47,331 bases of DNA from Nitrososphaerota archaeon (GTDB lineage Archaea > Thermoproteota > Nitrososphaeria > Nitrososphaerales > UBA57): contig JAPUKB010000054.1 of NCBI GenBank assembly GCA_027295865.1, positions 1 to 47,331 on the forward strand, in the 5' to 3' direction. Shown piece after piece: positions 33,386 to 42,722 of the stretch; position 1 is the stretch's first letter, and the number at the start of each line of letters is the position of its first letter. The notes beneath the pieces were generated by a model, which was not told the origin of the DNA, did not search any database, and saw only the letters and a list, made by a program, of their open reading frames with translations. Position numbers and translations under genes: made by a program.

Positions 33386-34609
33386 ATGAAGGTGCACGAG
33401 ATATTAATCCTGAAATTTGGTGGATCGGTCTTACAGGATGATGCTACGATAAAAAAAGCGTCAAAGATGGTCAAGGATGCGGTAGATAGGGGTTTCAGAA
33501 TTGTAGTAGTTGTTTCAGCCCTCAAAGGGGAAACTGATAATCTTCTTAATCTCTCAAAGAAATTGAATCCCCAGGTACCCCTCAAACTCATGGACGAGAT
33601 CCTGGCAATGGGGGAAAAGACCAGCGCAAGAATTTTCACCAATGCTCTCCTAGCTGAAGCGTTGAACGCCATACCAATCGACACTGATTCCGATATTTGG
33701 CCTATCATTACCAATGAAAATCACGGGGATGCAAGTCCTCTAGATATCCCCACTCGGAATCGAGTTGAAACAGGGCTGCAGCCCATGATCAATTTAGCTC
33801 AAATCCCGGTAGTCTGCGGGTTCATAGGTAGATCTTTGTCTGGTTCCGTAACTACGATGGGAAGAGGAGGAAGTGACACTACGGCTGTAGTCCTGGGAAG
33901 CTATCTTCACGCAAAGGAGGTAATTCTTGTGAAAGACGTATCGTCTGTGTTATCGAGCGACCCATCAAAGGTTAATGGAACGGTACCGATTGACGAGCTG
34001 GATTCTGAGGAAGCCTTTGCTCTAGCTTCGGGCGGGGCGAAATTTCTCCACTCCAAGTCGCTGAGATACAAGCCAGGCCACATGAGGATACGAGTCTCCA
34101 GTTTGAGAAACAATCCGTTTTCGGGAACTGTGATCGACGGAGGTGCACCGGATCTCCAGATAGTGATGATGAGCGAGAATATCTCTAAGATTACCCTAAT
34201 AGGACCTAAAATGACTGACACCGAAATTCTCACAAATGTCCTACGGAGAGTAAAGGAGAATGAGGGAAGAGTAATATCTATGAGCATTGATCCCAAAACA
34301 GCAACTTTCTACATAGAAGGAGGCATGAACATGGCCAACGAGATCCATTCCGCAGTTGTGGGAGGAAAAATGGCTAAGGCGGTAAGCTCATTTGAAGATC
34401 TAACTATGTTGAGTGTTGGAGGAAATACGATGGAGACTATCCCAGGAATGATACAGAGAGTTGCCCAACCACTCGCCCACGCAGGAATAAACATATACGG
34501 TATGACAACAGTCGGATCATCAATTCGCATGTTCATTAATAGGGACGATTCGAAAAAGGCCTTGGATTTGCTGAGAAAGGCTCTCGCAATGTTCAATTCC
34601 GAATCCTAG
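33386..34609 (+). CDS. lysC: Aspartate kinase
   Basis: LKFGGS, VVSA, GRGGSDTTA, KDV..V.SSDP, C-terminal ACT domains. Confidence 0.92.
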   Translation: MKVHEILILKFGGSVLQDDATIKKASKMVKDAVDRGFRIVVVVSALKGETDNLLNLSKKLNPQVPLKLMDEILAMGEKTSARIFTNALLAEALNAIPIDTDSDIWPIITNENHGDASPLDIPTRNRVETGLQPMINLAQIPVVCGFIGRSLSGSVTTMGRGGSDTTAVVLGSYLHAKEVILVKDVSSVLSSDPSKVNGTVPIDELDSEEAFALASGGAKFLHSKSLRYKPGHMRIRVSSLRNNPFSGTVIDGGAPDLQIVMMSENISKITLIGPKMTDTEILTNVLRRVKENEGRVISMSIDPKTATFYIEGGMNMANEIHSAVVGGKMAKAVSSFEDLTMLSVGGNTMETIPGMIQRVAQPLAHAGINIYGMTTVGSSIRMFINRDDSKKALDLLRKALAMFNSES

Positions 34610-34618
34610 AATAGGTGA

Positions 34619-35425
34619 ATGCGAATGGCAACTGGCAAATCGGTACGACTCGACAGGATAGCAAGTAATGGGATGATGGTGTGTGTCCCCATTGATCACG
34701 GGTTAAGCTCTGGGCCGATTCAAGGGTTGGAATCCATCGAGAAGACGATACTTAGTATCGAACGAGGGGGCGCAACATCTATCTTAGCCCAGAAGGGGGT
34801 ATTCAAGTCAATGAAACAGTCCATCAAGATGGGACGAATCGTTCACTTGTCAGGAAGTACGGAAATGAGTAATTTTCCTGATAGAAAAGTCCAGGTAGGG
34901 AGTGTTGAAAGCGCAATACGTATGGGAGCTGATGCTATTTCGATTCATGTCAATGTCGGATCGAAGGATGAACATGAGATGATAGAGCAGTTGGGAAGGG
35001 TTGCTGATAGCTGCGACGAATGGGGGATGCCTCTAATTGCAATGATGTACCCACCGGGTGAAAGTACAGGCGACTCCTATGACGCCAAAATCGTCTCGCA
35101 CGTTGCGAGAATAGGGGCGGAGCTAGGAGCTGATATCGTAAAGACAGTTTACACAGGAAACGCCAAATCTTTCGCAAAAGTGATTGAAAGCTGTCCAGTT
35201 CCTATAGTCGTAGCGGGTGGACCTAAGATCAAAAATGATAGAGATGCACTCCAAATTGTTTATGATGCCATAATCGCGGGGGCAAAGGGAGTGACATTTG
35301 GGAGAACGGTTTTCCAGCACGCCTCTCCAGAGCGTATGACCCGAGCACTTTCTTCAATCGTTTTGACGGGAGCAACCGTCGACGAAGCTCTTAAGGTGTC
35401 AGATGATGGTCGAGAAAAGGGATAG
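34619..35425 (+). CDS. aroA': 2-amino-3,7-dideoxy-D-threo-hept-6-ulosonate synthase (DhnA-type aldolase)
   Basis: PIDHG, IVHLSG, ELGADIVKT, AGGPK; adjacent to DHQ synthase II. Confidence 0.92.
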   Translation: MRMATGKSVRLDRIASNGMMVCVPIDHGLSSGPIQGLESIEKTILSIERGGATSILAQKGVFKSMKQSIKMGRIVHLSGSTEMSNFPDRKVQVGSVESAIRMGADAISIHVNVGSKDEHEMIEQLGRVADSCDEWGMPLIAMMYPPGESTGDSYDAKIVSHVARIGAELGADIVKTVYTGNAKSFAKVIESCPVPIVVAGGPKIKNDRDALQIVYDAIIAGAKGVTFGRTVFQHASPERMTRALSSIVLTGATVDEALKVSDDGREKG

Positions 35426-36479
35426 GAAGATCATAGTCCGCCCCGAGATCCCTCGAGAGCGATTGAAGAGCTTTGCAAAGATGCTGCTGAAAGAGGGGGT
35501 AACTGACATTGTCGTAGACCAGGGGTCGTTCGATGGTGTCTTGGACGGAATGACTGTGTATTCGTCAGCGGAAGAAGCTGATGTGGTGCTTGCCCAGCGG
35601 ATAGAGGATCTGAAAAGTATCAGTGAGGGAAAGAGGAGGGCGATCAGTTTGAAAATCGATAGCTCGACTGACATTTCCAAAGTAAAAGAGGCATCGAAGT
35701 TGGGTGTTGAGGCAGTGTTCGTTGAGACAAGCGATTGGAAAATAATTCCGTTAGAGAATATCATCGCTGAACTCCACGGGGTGAAAACAAAAGTCTACAC
35801 AACTGCTGCCGAAATTGGAGAAGTGAAAATGCTTTTTTCAGTACTCGAGCTTGGAGTCGACGGAGTCCTGCTTAAGACCGATAAGATAGAAGACGTGAGA
35901 AAAGCAATGAGGGAACTAACTTCACTTTCCAGCCTAGACCTATCGATAGGTGAGATCATCGAAGTAAGGGAAGTAGGAACTGGCGAGAGAGCTTGTGTCG
36001 ATACCGCCTCGCTATTACAGGACGGTGAAGGGTTACTAGTAGGTAATCAAGCAGCATTCCTCTTTCTTCTTCATAATGAAGCGGTCGGATCCAAATTTAC
36101 CTCCCCCAGACCTTTCCGTGTCAACGCAGGAGCCATTCAATGCTATACTATGATGCCGAACGGTCGAACGAAATACCTTTCAGAATTGGAGAGTGGAGAT
36201 GACGTATTAGTAGTCAGCAGGTCAGGTAGTATTAGGAGCGCGGTAGTTGGAAGGGTGAAAATAGAGAGGAGGCCTTTGTTGCTAGTGAAGGCAAAGATAG
36301 ATGGAAGGGTCGGTGGAATTCTCGTTCAAAACGCAGAAACAATCGCCTTTGTCGGAGAAGGGGCGGCCGCGATTCCAGCTACCTCAATCAAGAAGGGTGA
36401 TAGGGTTGTCATAAGAACTGAGAAGATCCTCGGCAGACACTTTGGCATGGAAGTGGATGAATTTGTGGTTGAAAAGTGA
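35403..36479 (+). CDS. aroB': 3-dehydroquinate synthase II
   Basis: DWKIIPLENIIA, GERACVDT, RPFRVNAG, YLSEL, QNAETI, RHFG. Confidence 0.96.
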   Translation: MMVEKRDRKIIVRPEIPRERLKSFAKMLLKEGVTDIVVDQGSFDGVLDGMTVYSSAEEADVVLAQRIEDLKSISEGKRRAISLKIDSSTDISKVKEASKLGVEAVFVETSDWKIIPLENIIAELHGVKTKVYTTAAEIGEVKMLFSVLELGVDGVLLKTDKIEDVRKAMRELTSLSSLDLSIGEIIEVREVGTGERACVDTASLLQDGEGLLVGNQAAFLFLLHNEAVGSKFTSPRPFRVNAGAIQCYTMMPNGRTKYLSELESGDDVLVVSRSGSIRSAVVGRVKIERRPLLLVKAKIDGRVGGILVQNAETIAFVGEGAAAIPATSIKKGDRVVIRTEKILGRHFGMEVDEFVVEK

Positions 36480-37188
36480 GTTCGATGATAGAGTTGCTAG
36501 TTCCACAAGGCAACCGAGAATCTGCGTCTCTATCGGACTAAAGGGCAGTCTTCCACTAATCAAGAGAGCGGCGCAAGCGGCGATCCACTACGGGGCAGAC
36601 ATGGTGGAGATTCGGCTAGATTATCTGGATCGTGTAAACGTGCCTCGACTGAGGCGATACCTCGCAGGATTAGAGAATAGGCTTATCCTGACTTGTAGGA
36701 AAAGGAGTGAGGGAGGAAGATTCGACGGTTCAGAGAAGGAACGGGTGAATATCCTTACTGAAATAGCCGAGTGGGACGGTCCACTCCTCGATGTAGAGCT
36801 GAGCACAATACGAAGGAACTCGACCCTATTCAAATCAAAGCCTGGAAGCATGATAATTTCATGGCATGATTTCAACCGGACTCCCGTAAGACGGATTCTC
36901 TTGGGTAAGGTGGAAGAAGCCATCCGATTTGGAGGCATCGCAAAAATCGTTACCACTGCTAGGAGTGTTAAGGACAATACGACGATCCTTTCTCTATACA
37001 AGGCGGCCGACAGAGGATCTCTGATCGCATTCTGTATGGGGGAAAAAGGGATGATATCTAGGATCTTGTCTCCGATGGTAGGGTCGCCTCTTGCCTACAC
37101 CTTTTTCGGTCCGAGGCCTGTTGCCCCTGGACAATTTAGTCTAGAGGAATTTAGAGGCCTCTATGGGATAATGGGTTTTGGTACCTAA
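36469..37188 (+). CDS. aroD: Type I 3-dehydroquinate dehydratase
   Basis: EIRLD, TCRK..EGG, DVEL, SWHDF, AKIV, MGEKG..SR, APGQ; start approximate. Confidence 0.93.
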   Translation: MKSEFDDRVASSTRQPRICVSIGLKGSLPLIKRAAQAAIHYGADMVEIRLDYLDRVNVPRLRRYLAGLENRLILTCRKRSEGGRFDGSEKERVNILTEIAEWDGPLLDVELSTIRRNSTLFKSKPGSMIISWHDFNRTPVRRILLGKVEEAIRFGGIAKIVTTARSVKDNTTILSLYKAADRGSLIAFCMGEKGMISRILSPMVGSPLAYTFFGPRPVAPGQFSLEEFRGLYGIMGFGT

Positions 37189-38041
37189 TTCCTCAACTAG
37201 ACTCTGCTGTCTTCTTGGAGATCCGACAAGACAATCGATTTCACCATACATACACAACAAATCCTTCCAAGCACTCAACCTCAACTATGTCTATCTGGCC
37301 TTCAGGGTCGGCAAAGAAGGACTCGGGGATTCCCTTAGAAGCTTGAGAAACCTCAACTTTGTGGGGGGGAACATAACCATGCCTCTCAAAGAAGAGATAC
37401 TATCACTCATAGACGAGCTAGATGCTACCGCAGCTAAAGTGGGGGCTTGCAATACGATTCTAAATTCAAAAGGGAAGCTTTTTGGGTTTAATACAGACGT
37501 AGAAGGATTTGCCCGCCCATTGAGAAGAAGGATCGGATCATTTAGGAGCATACGATCAGTCCTAATAGGGGCCGGAGGGGCCGCGAGAGCTGCTACCATC
37601 GCGCTGGCTGAAGGTGGCTGTCGGGAGGTTGTTATCCTGAACCGAACGGTCGAGAAAGGGAGGAAACTTGCAGAAATGCTGGAAGGAAAGTACTCAATTA
37701 ATGCAAGGGCAAGTCATCTTTCCCAAGAAGAACTAGATAGAATTGTTGATCCTAACCTCATCATTAATGCATCACCACTAGATTTTCGGGATGCGAAAAT
37801 AAGATTCAATCGCCTTGGACTAAACGACGGGGTTGTCGCGTACGATATGGTTTATTCACACGCAGAGAGATCATTTTTCCTCGGCGAATTGGAGAAGGGG
37901 GGAGCAACCGCGATCCCAGGGAATGAAATGCTCATTGAACAGGCTGCGATCTCTTTTGAAATCTGGACGGGGATCAAGCCAGATTTGTCACAAATGTCGA
38001 TCGACGCATTGTCTGCTCTTGAGGAAATGAGAAGGCCTTGA
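37178..38041 (+). CDS. aroE: Shikimate dehydrogenase
   Basis: SISPYIHN, NITMPLK, ACNT, NTD, GAGGAARA, NRT, MLIEQA. Confidence 0.95.
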   Translation: MVPNSSTRLCCLLGDPTRQSISPYIHNKSFQALNLNYVYLAFRVGKEGLGDSLRSLRNLNFVGGNITMPLKEEILSLIDELDATAAKVGACNTILNSKGKLFGFNTDVEGFARPLRRRIGSFRSIRSVLIGAGGAARAATIALAEGGCREVVILNRTVEKGRKLAEMLEGKYSINARASHLSQEELDRIVDPNLIINASPLDFRDAKIRFNRLGLNDGVVAYDMVYSHAERSFFLGELEKGGATAIPGNEMLIEQAAISFEIWTGIKPDLSQMSIDALSALEEMRRP

Positions 38042-38904
38042 GTGATCTCGGGTCTGGACTTGTCCACGGGGCAGTATCAATTGTGAACGCTATCTCTATA
38101 GGAAGAGGTGCCGCTCTAGGTATTGATCTAGAGACGGTCGCAGAAGTCCTACTTGTGGAGGATAATCGGGACGTTCAAGCTGTGACAGATATCCCCAGTG
38201 AGGATACAAAACTTGTCACTAGTGCTGCACAAGAGGTGTTAAAAAAATACGATGAAGGAGCGAATTTTGGAGCAAAGGTCACCATACAGTCCGAAATCCC
38301 CATTGGGAAGGGGTTGAAGAGTTCAAGTGCCGCCGCCAGTGCGGTGGTAATAGGGACACTATGCGCGCTTGACAAGAAGGCTAGTGACCAGGAGATAGTA
38401 GAGATGGGAGTCACGGCTGCAAGACGGGCGGGGGTCACTATTACTGGAGCATATGATGACGCATCTGCATGTTACTTTGGGGGCGCTGTTGCGACCGATA
38501 ATCGCGAAATGAGCTTGCTCAAGAGGACCAAAATTGAAGAAGATCTCAGTGTGATTATTTACGTGCCCGAAGATACGATGTACACAAAAGACTTTGACGT
38601 GGGAAGAATAAAGCCTTTCGGATCTTCGGTGGAAAGCGCACTTGAACTTGCGCTCAAGGGAGAGTATTGGAGAGCTATGACGTTAAACGGTCTTATACAT
38701 TCATCAGTTCTATCGATTTCTACAGAACCTGTTGTAGAGGCGATGACTCATGGAGCTTTGGGATGTGGACTCTCTGGCACGGGTCCAGCCATTGCGGCTG
38801 TCGCATTTCCAGAGAATGCAAAGGAGATTGCTGACTCCTGGTCTTCGTTGTTGGGCGAGGTGATAGTTACCAAGGTAAACAACGATAGTGCGAGGTGTCT
38901 CTGA
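38038..38904 (+). CDS. aroK: Archaeal (GHMP-family) shikimate kinase
   Basis: GAVSIVNAI, PIGKGLKSSSA, TGAYDDA, LSGTGP. Confidence 0.95.
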   Translation: MSDLGSGLVHGAVSIVNAISIGRGAALGIDLETVAEVLLVEDNRDVQAVTDIPSEDTKLVTSAAQEVLKKYDEGANFGAKVTIQSEIPIGKGLKSSSAAASAVVIGTLCALDKKASDQEIVEMGVTAARRAGVTITGAYDDASACYFGGAVATDNREMSLLKRTKIEEDLSVIIYVPEDTMYTKDFDVGRIKPFGSSVESALELALKGEYWRAMTLNGLIHSSVLSISTEPVVEAMTHGALGCGLSGTGPAIAAVAFPENAKEIADSWSSLLGEVIVTKVNNDSARCL

Positions 38905-40191
38905 CTGGGAACTGTCTCAGTTAGACCATCAGTCATCAGGGGGAAGATGACCGCTCCACCTAGCAAGAGTTATACTCATAGGGCCTTTGCATTAGCTCTA
39001 CTAGCCAAATCACCAAGCACTATTAGGACTCCACTCCTAAGCAGGGACACTCTAGCTACGATCGACGCTTGTAGGCGGTTTGGGGGATCGGTTGAAGAAA
39101 ACGGCTCGATATTCAGGGTTTCGAGAGCGGGACAGCTTAATGCCCCAGACAACGTACTTAATGTAGAGAATTCGGGCACCACTATTAGGATGATGATGTC
39201 GATAGCCTCACTTACGGCTGGAGGTTTCACAATCCTTACTGGCGATAGTAGCCTAAGGGAGAGACCGATGGGCCCTCTCCTTGTAGCACTCAATCAACTA
39301 GGGGTCGACTGCTGGTCAGCTCGAATGGATGGAACTCCCCCGATAATTGTCAAAGGAGGAGGAATGGAAGGTGGTGAGGTGGAAATTAGAGGGGATGTTT
39401 CTTCCCAGTTTATCTCATCCTTGGTTCTGTCTTGCCCCCTAGCTCGGAAGGACTCCACTATTACCGTAAAAGGCAATCTTGTCTCAAGACCCTATGTGGA
39501 CGCGACAGTAGAGATGATTACACGCTTTGGAGGAGATGTCGCCGAAGCGGATGGTGTGTACTTGGTTCAAGCGGGGGATTACTTGGGCATAGATTTCCTC
39601 GTTCCTTCGGACTTCAGCTCGGCTTCATTCATGCTTACCGCAGCAGCCATAACAGGAGGTGAAGTTGAGATTGAAATGTCGGGCCTCGAGCTCCCACAGG
39701 CCGACGCGGCCATTGTCGGAATCCTGCGGAAGATGGGTGTCGATGTTCGGGATCTGGAGGATGGAAAAGGGTTATTTGCGAAATCTTCCAGTGATATAGT
39801 TGGAGGCAATTTCGACCTTTCGTCCTCGCCTGATCTTCTCCCGGTCCTCGCAGTCTTGGCCTTGAAATCGAAAACCCCGGTGAGGATCACGGGAGTAGCC
39901 CATGCACGGTTCAAGGAGATTGACAGGGTGGCCGTCCTGGCTTCCGAACTGGAGAAAACCGGAGCGAATATCGAGGAATTTCCGGATGGTATGCTAATCG
40001 AACCGCCCAAGTCGATAAAATCATGCCAATTGAATCCACATAACGATCACCGTACGTTTATGGCTTTTTGCGTGGTTGGACTTGGATCTCGGGAAGGTTG
40101 TCTGGTCGAAGGCAGCGAAACCGTGGACGTCTCTTACCCAGACTTTTTGCGAGACATGCGAGGTCTATCGGCAAGAATGGATGTGCTCTGA
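38905..40191 (+). CDS. aroA: EPSP synthase; probable CTG start at 38905
   Basis: PPSKSYTHR, NSGTTIR, RPM, SSQF, PDL, DHR; frame open from CTG 38905 behind SD GAGGTG. Confidence 0.95.
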   Translation: MGTVSVRPSVIRGKMTAPPSKSYTHRAFALALLAKSPSTIRTPLLSRDTLATIDACRRFGGSVEENGSIFRVSRAGQLNAPDNVLNVENSGTTIRMMMSIASLTAGGFTILTGDSSLRERPMGPLLVALNQLGVDCWSARMDGTPPIIVKGGGMEGGEVEIRGDVSSQFISSLVLSCPLARKDSTITVKGNLVSRPYVDATVEMITRFGGDVAEADGVYLVQAGDYLGIDFLVPSDFSSASFMLTAAAITGGEVEIEMSGLELPQADAAIVGILRKMGVDVRDLEDGKGLFAKSSSDIVGGNFDLSSSPDLLPVLAVLALKSKTPVRITGVAHARFKEIDRVAVLASELEKTGANIEEFPDGMLIEPPKSIKSCQLNPHNDHRTFMAFCVVGLGSREGCLVEGSETVDVSYPDFLRDMRGLSARMDVL

Positions 40192-41297
40192 TGACTGGGG
40201 CTAAACTCGGTGAGCGATTTGTGCTTACATCCTATGGCGAAAGTCATGGACGAGCCGTAGGCGCTGTAGTCGAAGGCTGTCCCCCGGGTCTTCCCATCAA
40301 ATTAGAGGAAATACAGAGTGAGCTTGACCTCAGAAGGCCAGGTCAATCCAAGGTCACATCTGCAAGATCAGAGCTGGATCGTGTCGAGATACTATCAGGC
40401 ATATTCAATGATAGGACGACAGGAACACCTATTGGAATGCTCGTTTGGAACAAAGACGTAGACTCCCGACCTTACGAGGAACTCGGTCACAAGCCGCGCC
40501 CCGGACACGCCGACCTCCCTGCCTGGATAAAATATGGAGGGTTCAACGATCCCCGAGGGGGCGGTTATTTTTCGGCGAGGCTTACGTCTACCTTTGTTAT
40601 GGGAGGAGTGATTGCAAGAAAGCTACTTCGCACTCTTTTCAACACGAAAATAATTTCCTATGTGACAGAAATCGGAGGGATCCGAGCCAAGGTGGTCAGC
40701 CTTGATGTGGCGGAGAGAGATCGCTACTCAAATGAAGTGCGATGTCCCGATCCCGATGCGGCCAAACAGATGGTCGAAGCCATTCTGCACGCTAGGAGGG
40801 AAGGTGATAGTGTCGGGGGCATAATCGAGTGCGTAGTTCAAAATCTGCCTGCCGGTTTGGGGGAACCTATTTTCTCCTCGATCGACTCAGACATGAGCCG
40901 AGCCCTTTTCTCGATTCCGGCCGTCAAAGGCGTGGAATTCGGCGCTGGTTTCAAGGTTGCTAACCTACGGGGATCAGAGAATAATGACCAGTATGAATAT
41001 CAAGATGGGTTAGTTATCTCGACAAGCAATAATTCTGGTGGAATACTCGGGGGTCTTACAACTGGAATGCCGCTAACCACGAGGATAGCGTTCAAACCTC
41101 CCTCCTCTATTGCTAGACCTCAGAGATCGGTAAACCTGTTGTTCAAAAAGGACGAAGAGCTAATCGTCCAAGGTCGCCACGATCCCTGTGTACTCCCAAG
41201 GGCTGTTCCAGTGGTAGACAGTGTCGTTGCCCTGATATTAGCGGATCATGCAATTCGTGCTGGGTCGGTGCCCCCAGTTCTGAAAGAAATGAGGTGA
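40191..41297 (+). CDS. aroC: Chorismate synthase
   Basis: GESHG, RRPGQS, PRPGHAD, IPAVKGVEFG, KPPSSI, GRHDPC; TGATG overlap with aroA. Confidence 0.97.
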   Translation: MTGAKLGERFVLTSYGESHGRAVGAVVEGCPPGLPIKLEEIQSELDLRRPGQSKVTSARSELDRVEILSGIFNDRTTGTPIGMLVWNKDVDSRPYEELGHKPRPGHADLPAWIKYGGFNDPRGGGYFSARLTSTFVMGGVIARKLLRTLFNTKIISYVTEIGGIRAKVVSLDVAERDRYSNEVRCPDPDAAKQMVEAILHARREGDSVGGIIECVVQNLPAGLGEPIFSSIDSDMSRALFSIPAVKGVEFGAGFKVANLRGSENNDQYEYQDGLVISTSNNSGGILGGLTTGMPLTTRIAFKPPSSIARPQRSVNLLFKKDEELIVQGRHDPCVLPRAVPVVDSVVALILADHAIRAGSVPPVLKEMR

Positions 41298-41303
41298 GCG
41301 AAT

Positions 41304-42722
41304 CTGTCCGAGTGGGAGCAGCTAGAATACCTCAGAAAAAGGATTAGAGAGATAACCCGGGAAATTTTCAAATTGTTTGGTAAACGGTTTGAATTAGCGA
41401 GGACCATTGGCGGTCTCAAGGAGTCCGCCGGGCTACCTACGGTTGACTCCGTTATAGAGAATGATCTGAGGCAGATGGTGGAAGAGGAGAGTGTACTGAT
41501 GGGGTTGGACCCTGATGTTGGCCAAAGATTTCTTACAGAAGTTTTCAGGGAAACAATTCAGGCAGAGATCTCCGACGGTAAGAGCGTCTACAAACCGTTG
41601 GATCCAACTCTAACTGAGATTGTCCGCCAGGCAAGAGATGCAGAGACGGGCGGAGCTAGCATAATACACCTAGAGCTGGGCGTGCCTGATCTTCAGATCT
41701 CCGGGGGAGTAATCGAGCGGACCATCGACAGCCTTAGAAAAGGCCGTTCTCAGTACGCAGATACCTCGGGAAGCAGGAAACTTCGTGATGCGATAGCTGG
41801 CTATAGCAACGAAAGGCATGAGGTTGATCTACAACATGGGAATATCTTGGTCTCTCCTGGAGCTAGATTTGCAGTTTTTCTAGCGATGGCGAGTTCCATG
41901 TCGTGGGCGGATGAAGTGATTATTACTTCGCCAAACTGGGGTCTGTATAATCAGTTTGCTGACCACCTTGGTGCCAGAGTTAGAACGATCAGAACGGAAT
42001 ACAATGAAAAATGGACGCCAAACCTTTCAGACATTGAAAATGCCGTAAGTCGATCAACCAAGATGATAGTGCTTAGCCACCCCAACAATCCTACTGGAAA
42101 GATACTAGACAAGGGGACCTTGAAATCTATCGTCGAAATCGCGGCTAGGAAAAAAATCACCCTGCTAAGTGATGAAACATATTCAGGGTTCACGTACGCC
42201 CCATATACAAGCCTGCTCGAGTTTGCGAACTGCAAATGGATTGTAATCTCATCATTTTCGCACACCCACTCGATGCCCGCCTTCAGAATAGGATATGCGA
42301 TCTCCAGTCTGGAGATAGTCAACAGGATGGATTCGCTGCAGCGGATGATGATGCAAAGTGTTCCCGAATTCATACAGGAGGGTGCGACCGAGGCCTTAAC
42401 TTCAAGAGAGATATTGGATACTAACTATCGCACAATGAAGGACCGGGTGTCAGAGGCGTCTATTCTCCTGAGCAGATTTCCGGTACTGTTCCGCAAGCCG
42501 GACGGCGGAGTATATATATTCCTTAAGCGAAAAAGGGAAGCAGAGACGGACCATTTCGACTCGACCCAGTTCTCCTTGGAACTCCTTAAACAACAAGGGG
42601 TTGCTGTGTGCCCCGGGTCTGTGTTTGGGGATAGATACAACGACTTCGTGAGAATTTCGCTCTATCAACCCAAGGAAGTACTATTGGAGGGGATACGAAG
42701 GCTGGGTGAGGCACTTTCTTGA
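41304..42722 (+). CDS. Chorismate mutase (AroQ) - class I/II aminotransferase fusion; probable CTG start; PLP lysine replaced by His
   Basis: LEYLRKRI...KRFELARTIGGLK mutase domain; PNNPTG, DETY, SFSHT..M..FRIG, PG..FG aminotransferase motifs. Confidence 0.88.
   Translation: MSEWEQLEYLRKRIREITREIFKLFGKRFELARTIGGLKESAGLPTVDSVIENDLRQMVEEESVLMGLDPDVGQRFLTEVFRETIQAEISDGKSVYKPLDPTLTEIVRQARDAETGGASIIHLELGVPDLQISGGVIERTIDSLRKGRSQYADTSGSRKLRDAIAGYSNERHEVDLQHGNILVSPGARFAVFLAMASSMSWADEVIITSPNWGLYNQFADHLGARVRTIRTEYNEKWTPNLSDIENAVSRSTKMIVLSHPNNPTGKILDKGTLKSIVEIAARKKITLLSDETYSGFTYAPYTSLLEFANCKWIVISSFSHTHSMPAFRIGYAISSLEIVNRMDSLQRMMMQSVPEFIQEGATEALTSREILDTNYRTMKDRVSEASILLSRFPVLFRKPDGGVYIFLKRKREAETDHFDSTQFSLELLKQQGVAVCPGSVFGDRYNDFVRISLYQPKEVLLEGIRRLGEALS

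Noticed and set aside
33190-33714. 174-aa minus-strand ORF
   Set aside because: Mostly an antisense shadow of lysC
40068-40190. N-terminal extension of AroC in the track (likewise for PurL, PurC, AroD and PAC2)
   Set aside because: Overlaps the upstream gene or lacks homology; better-supported downstream starts exist
11152-41297. Genome-wide TGA reassignment or selenocysteine
   Set aside because: TGA ends many genes at expected lengths (nfo, purQ, purL, sufS), and no TGA interrupts a conserved domain; the three in-frame cases fall at gene boundaries
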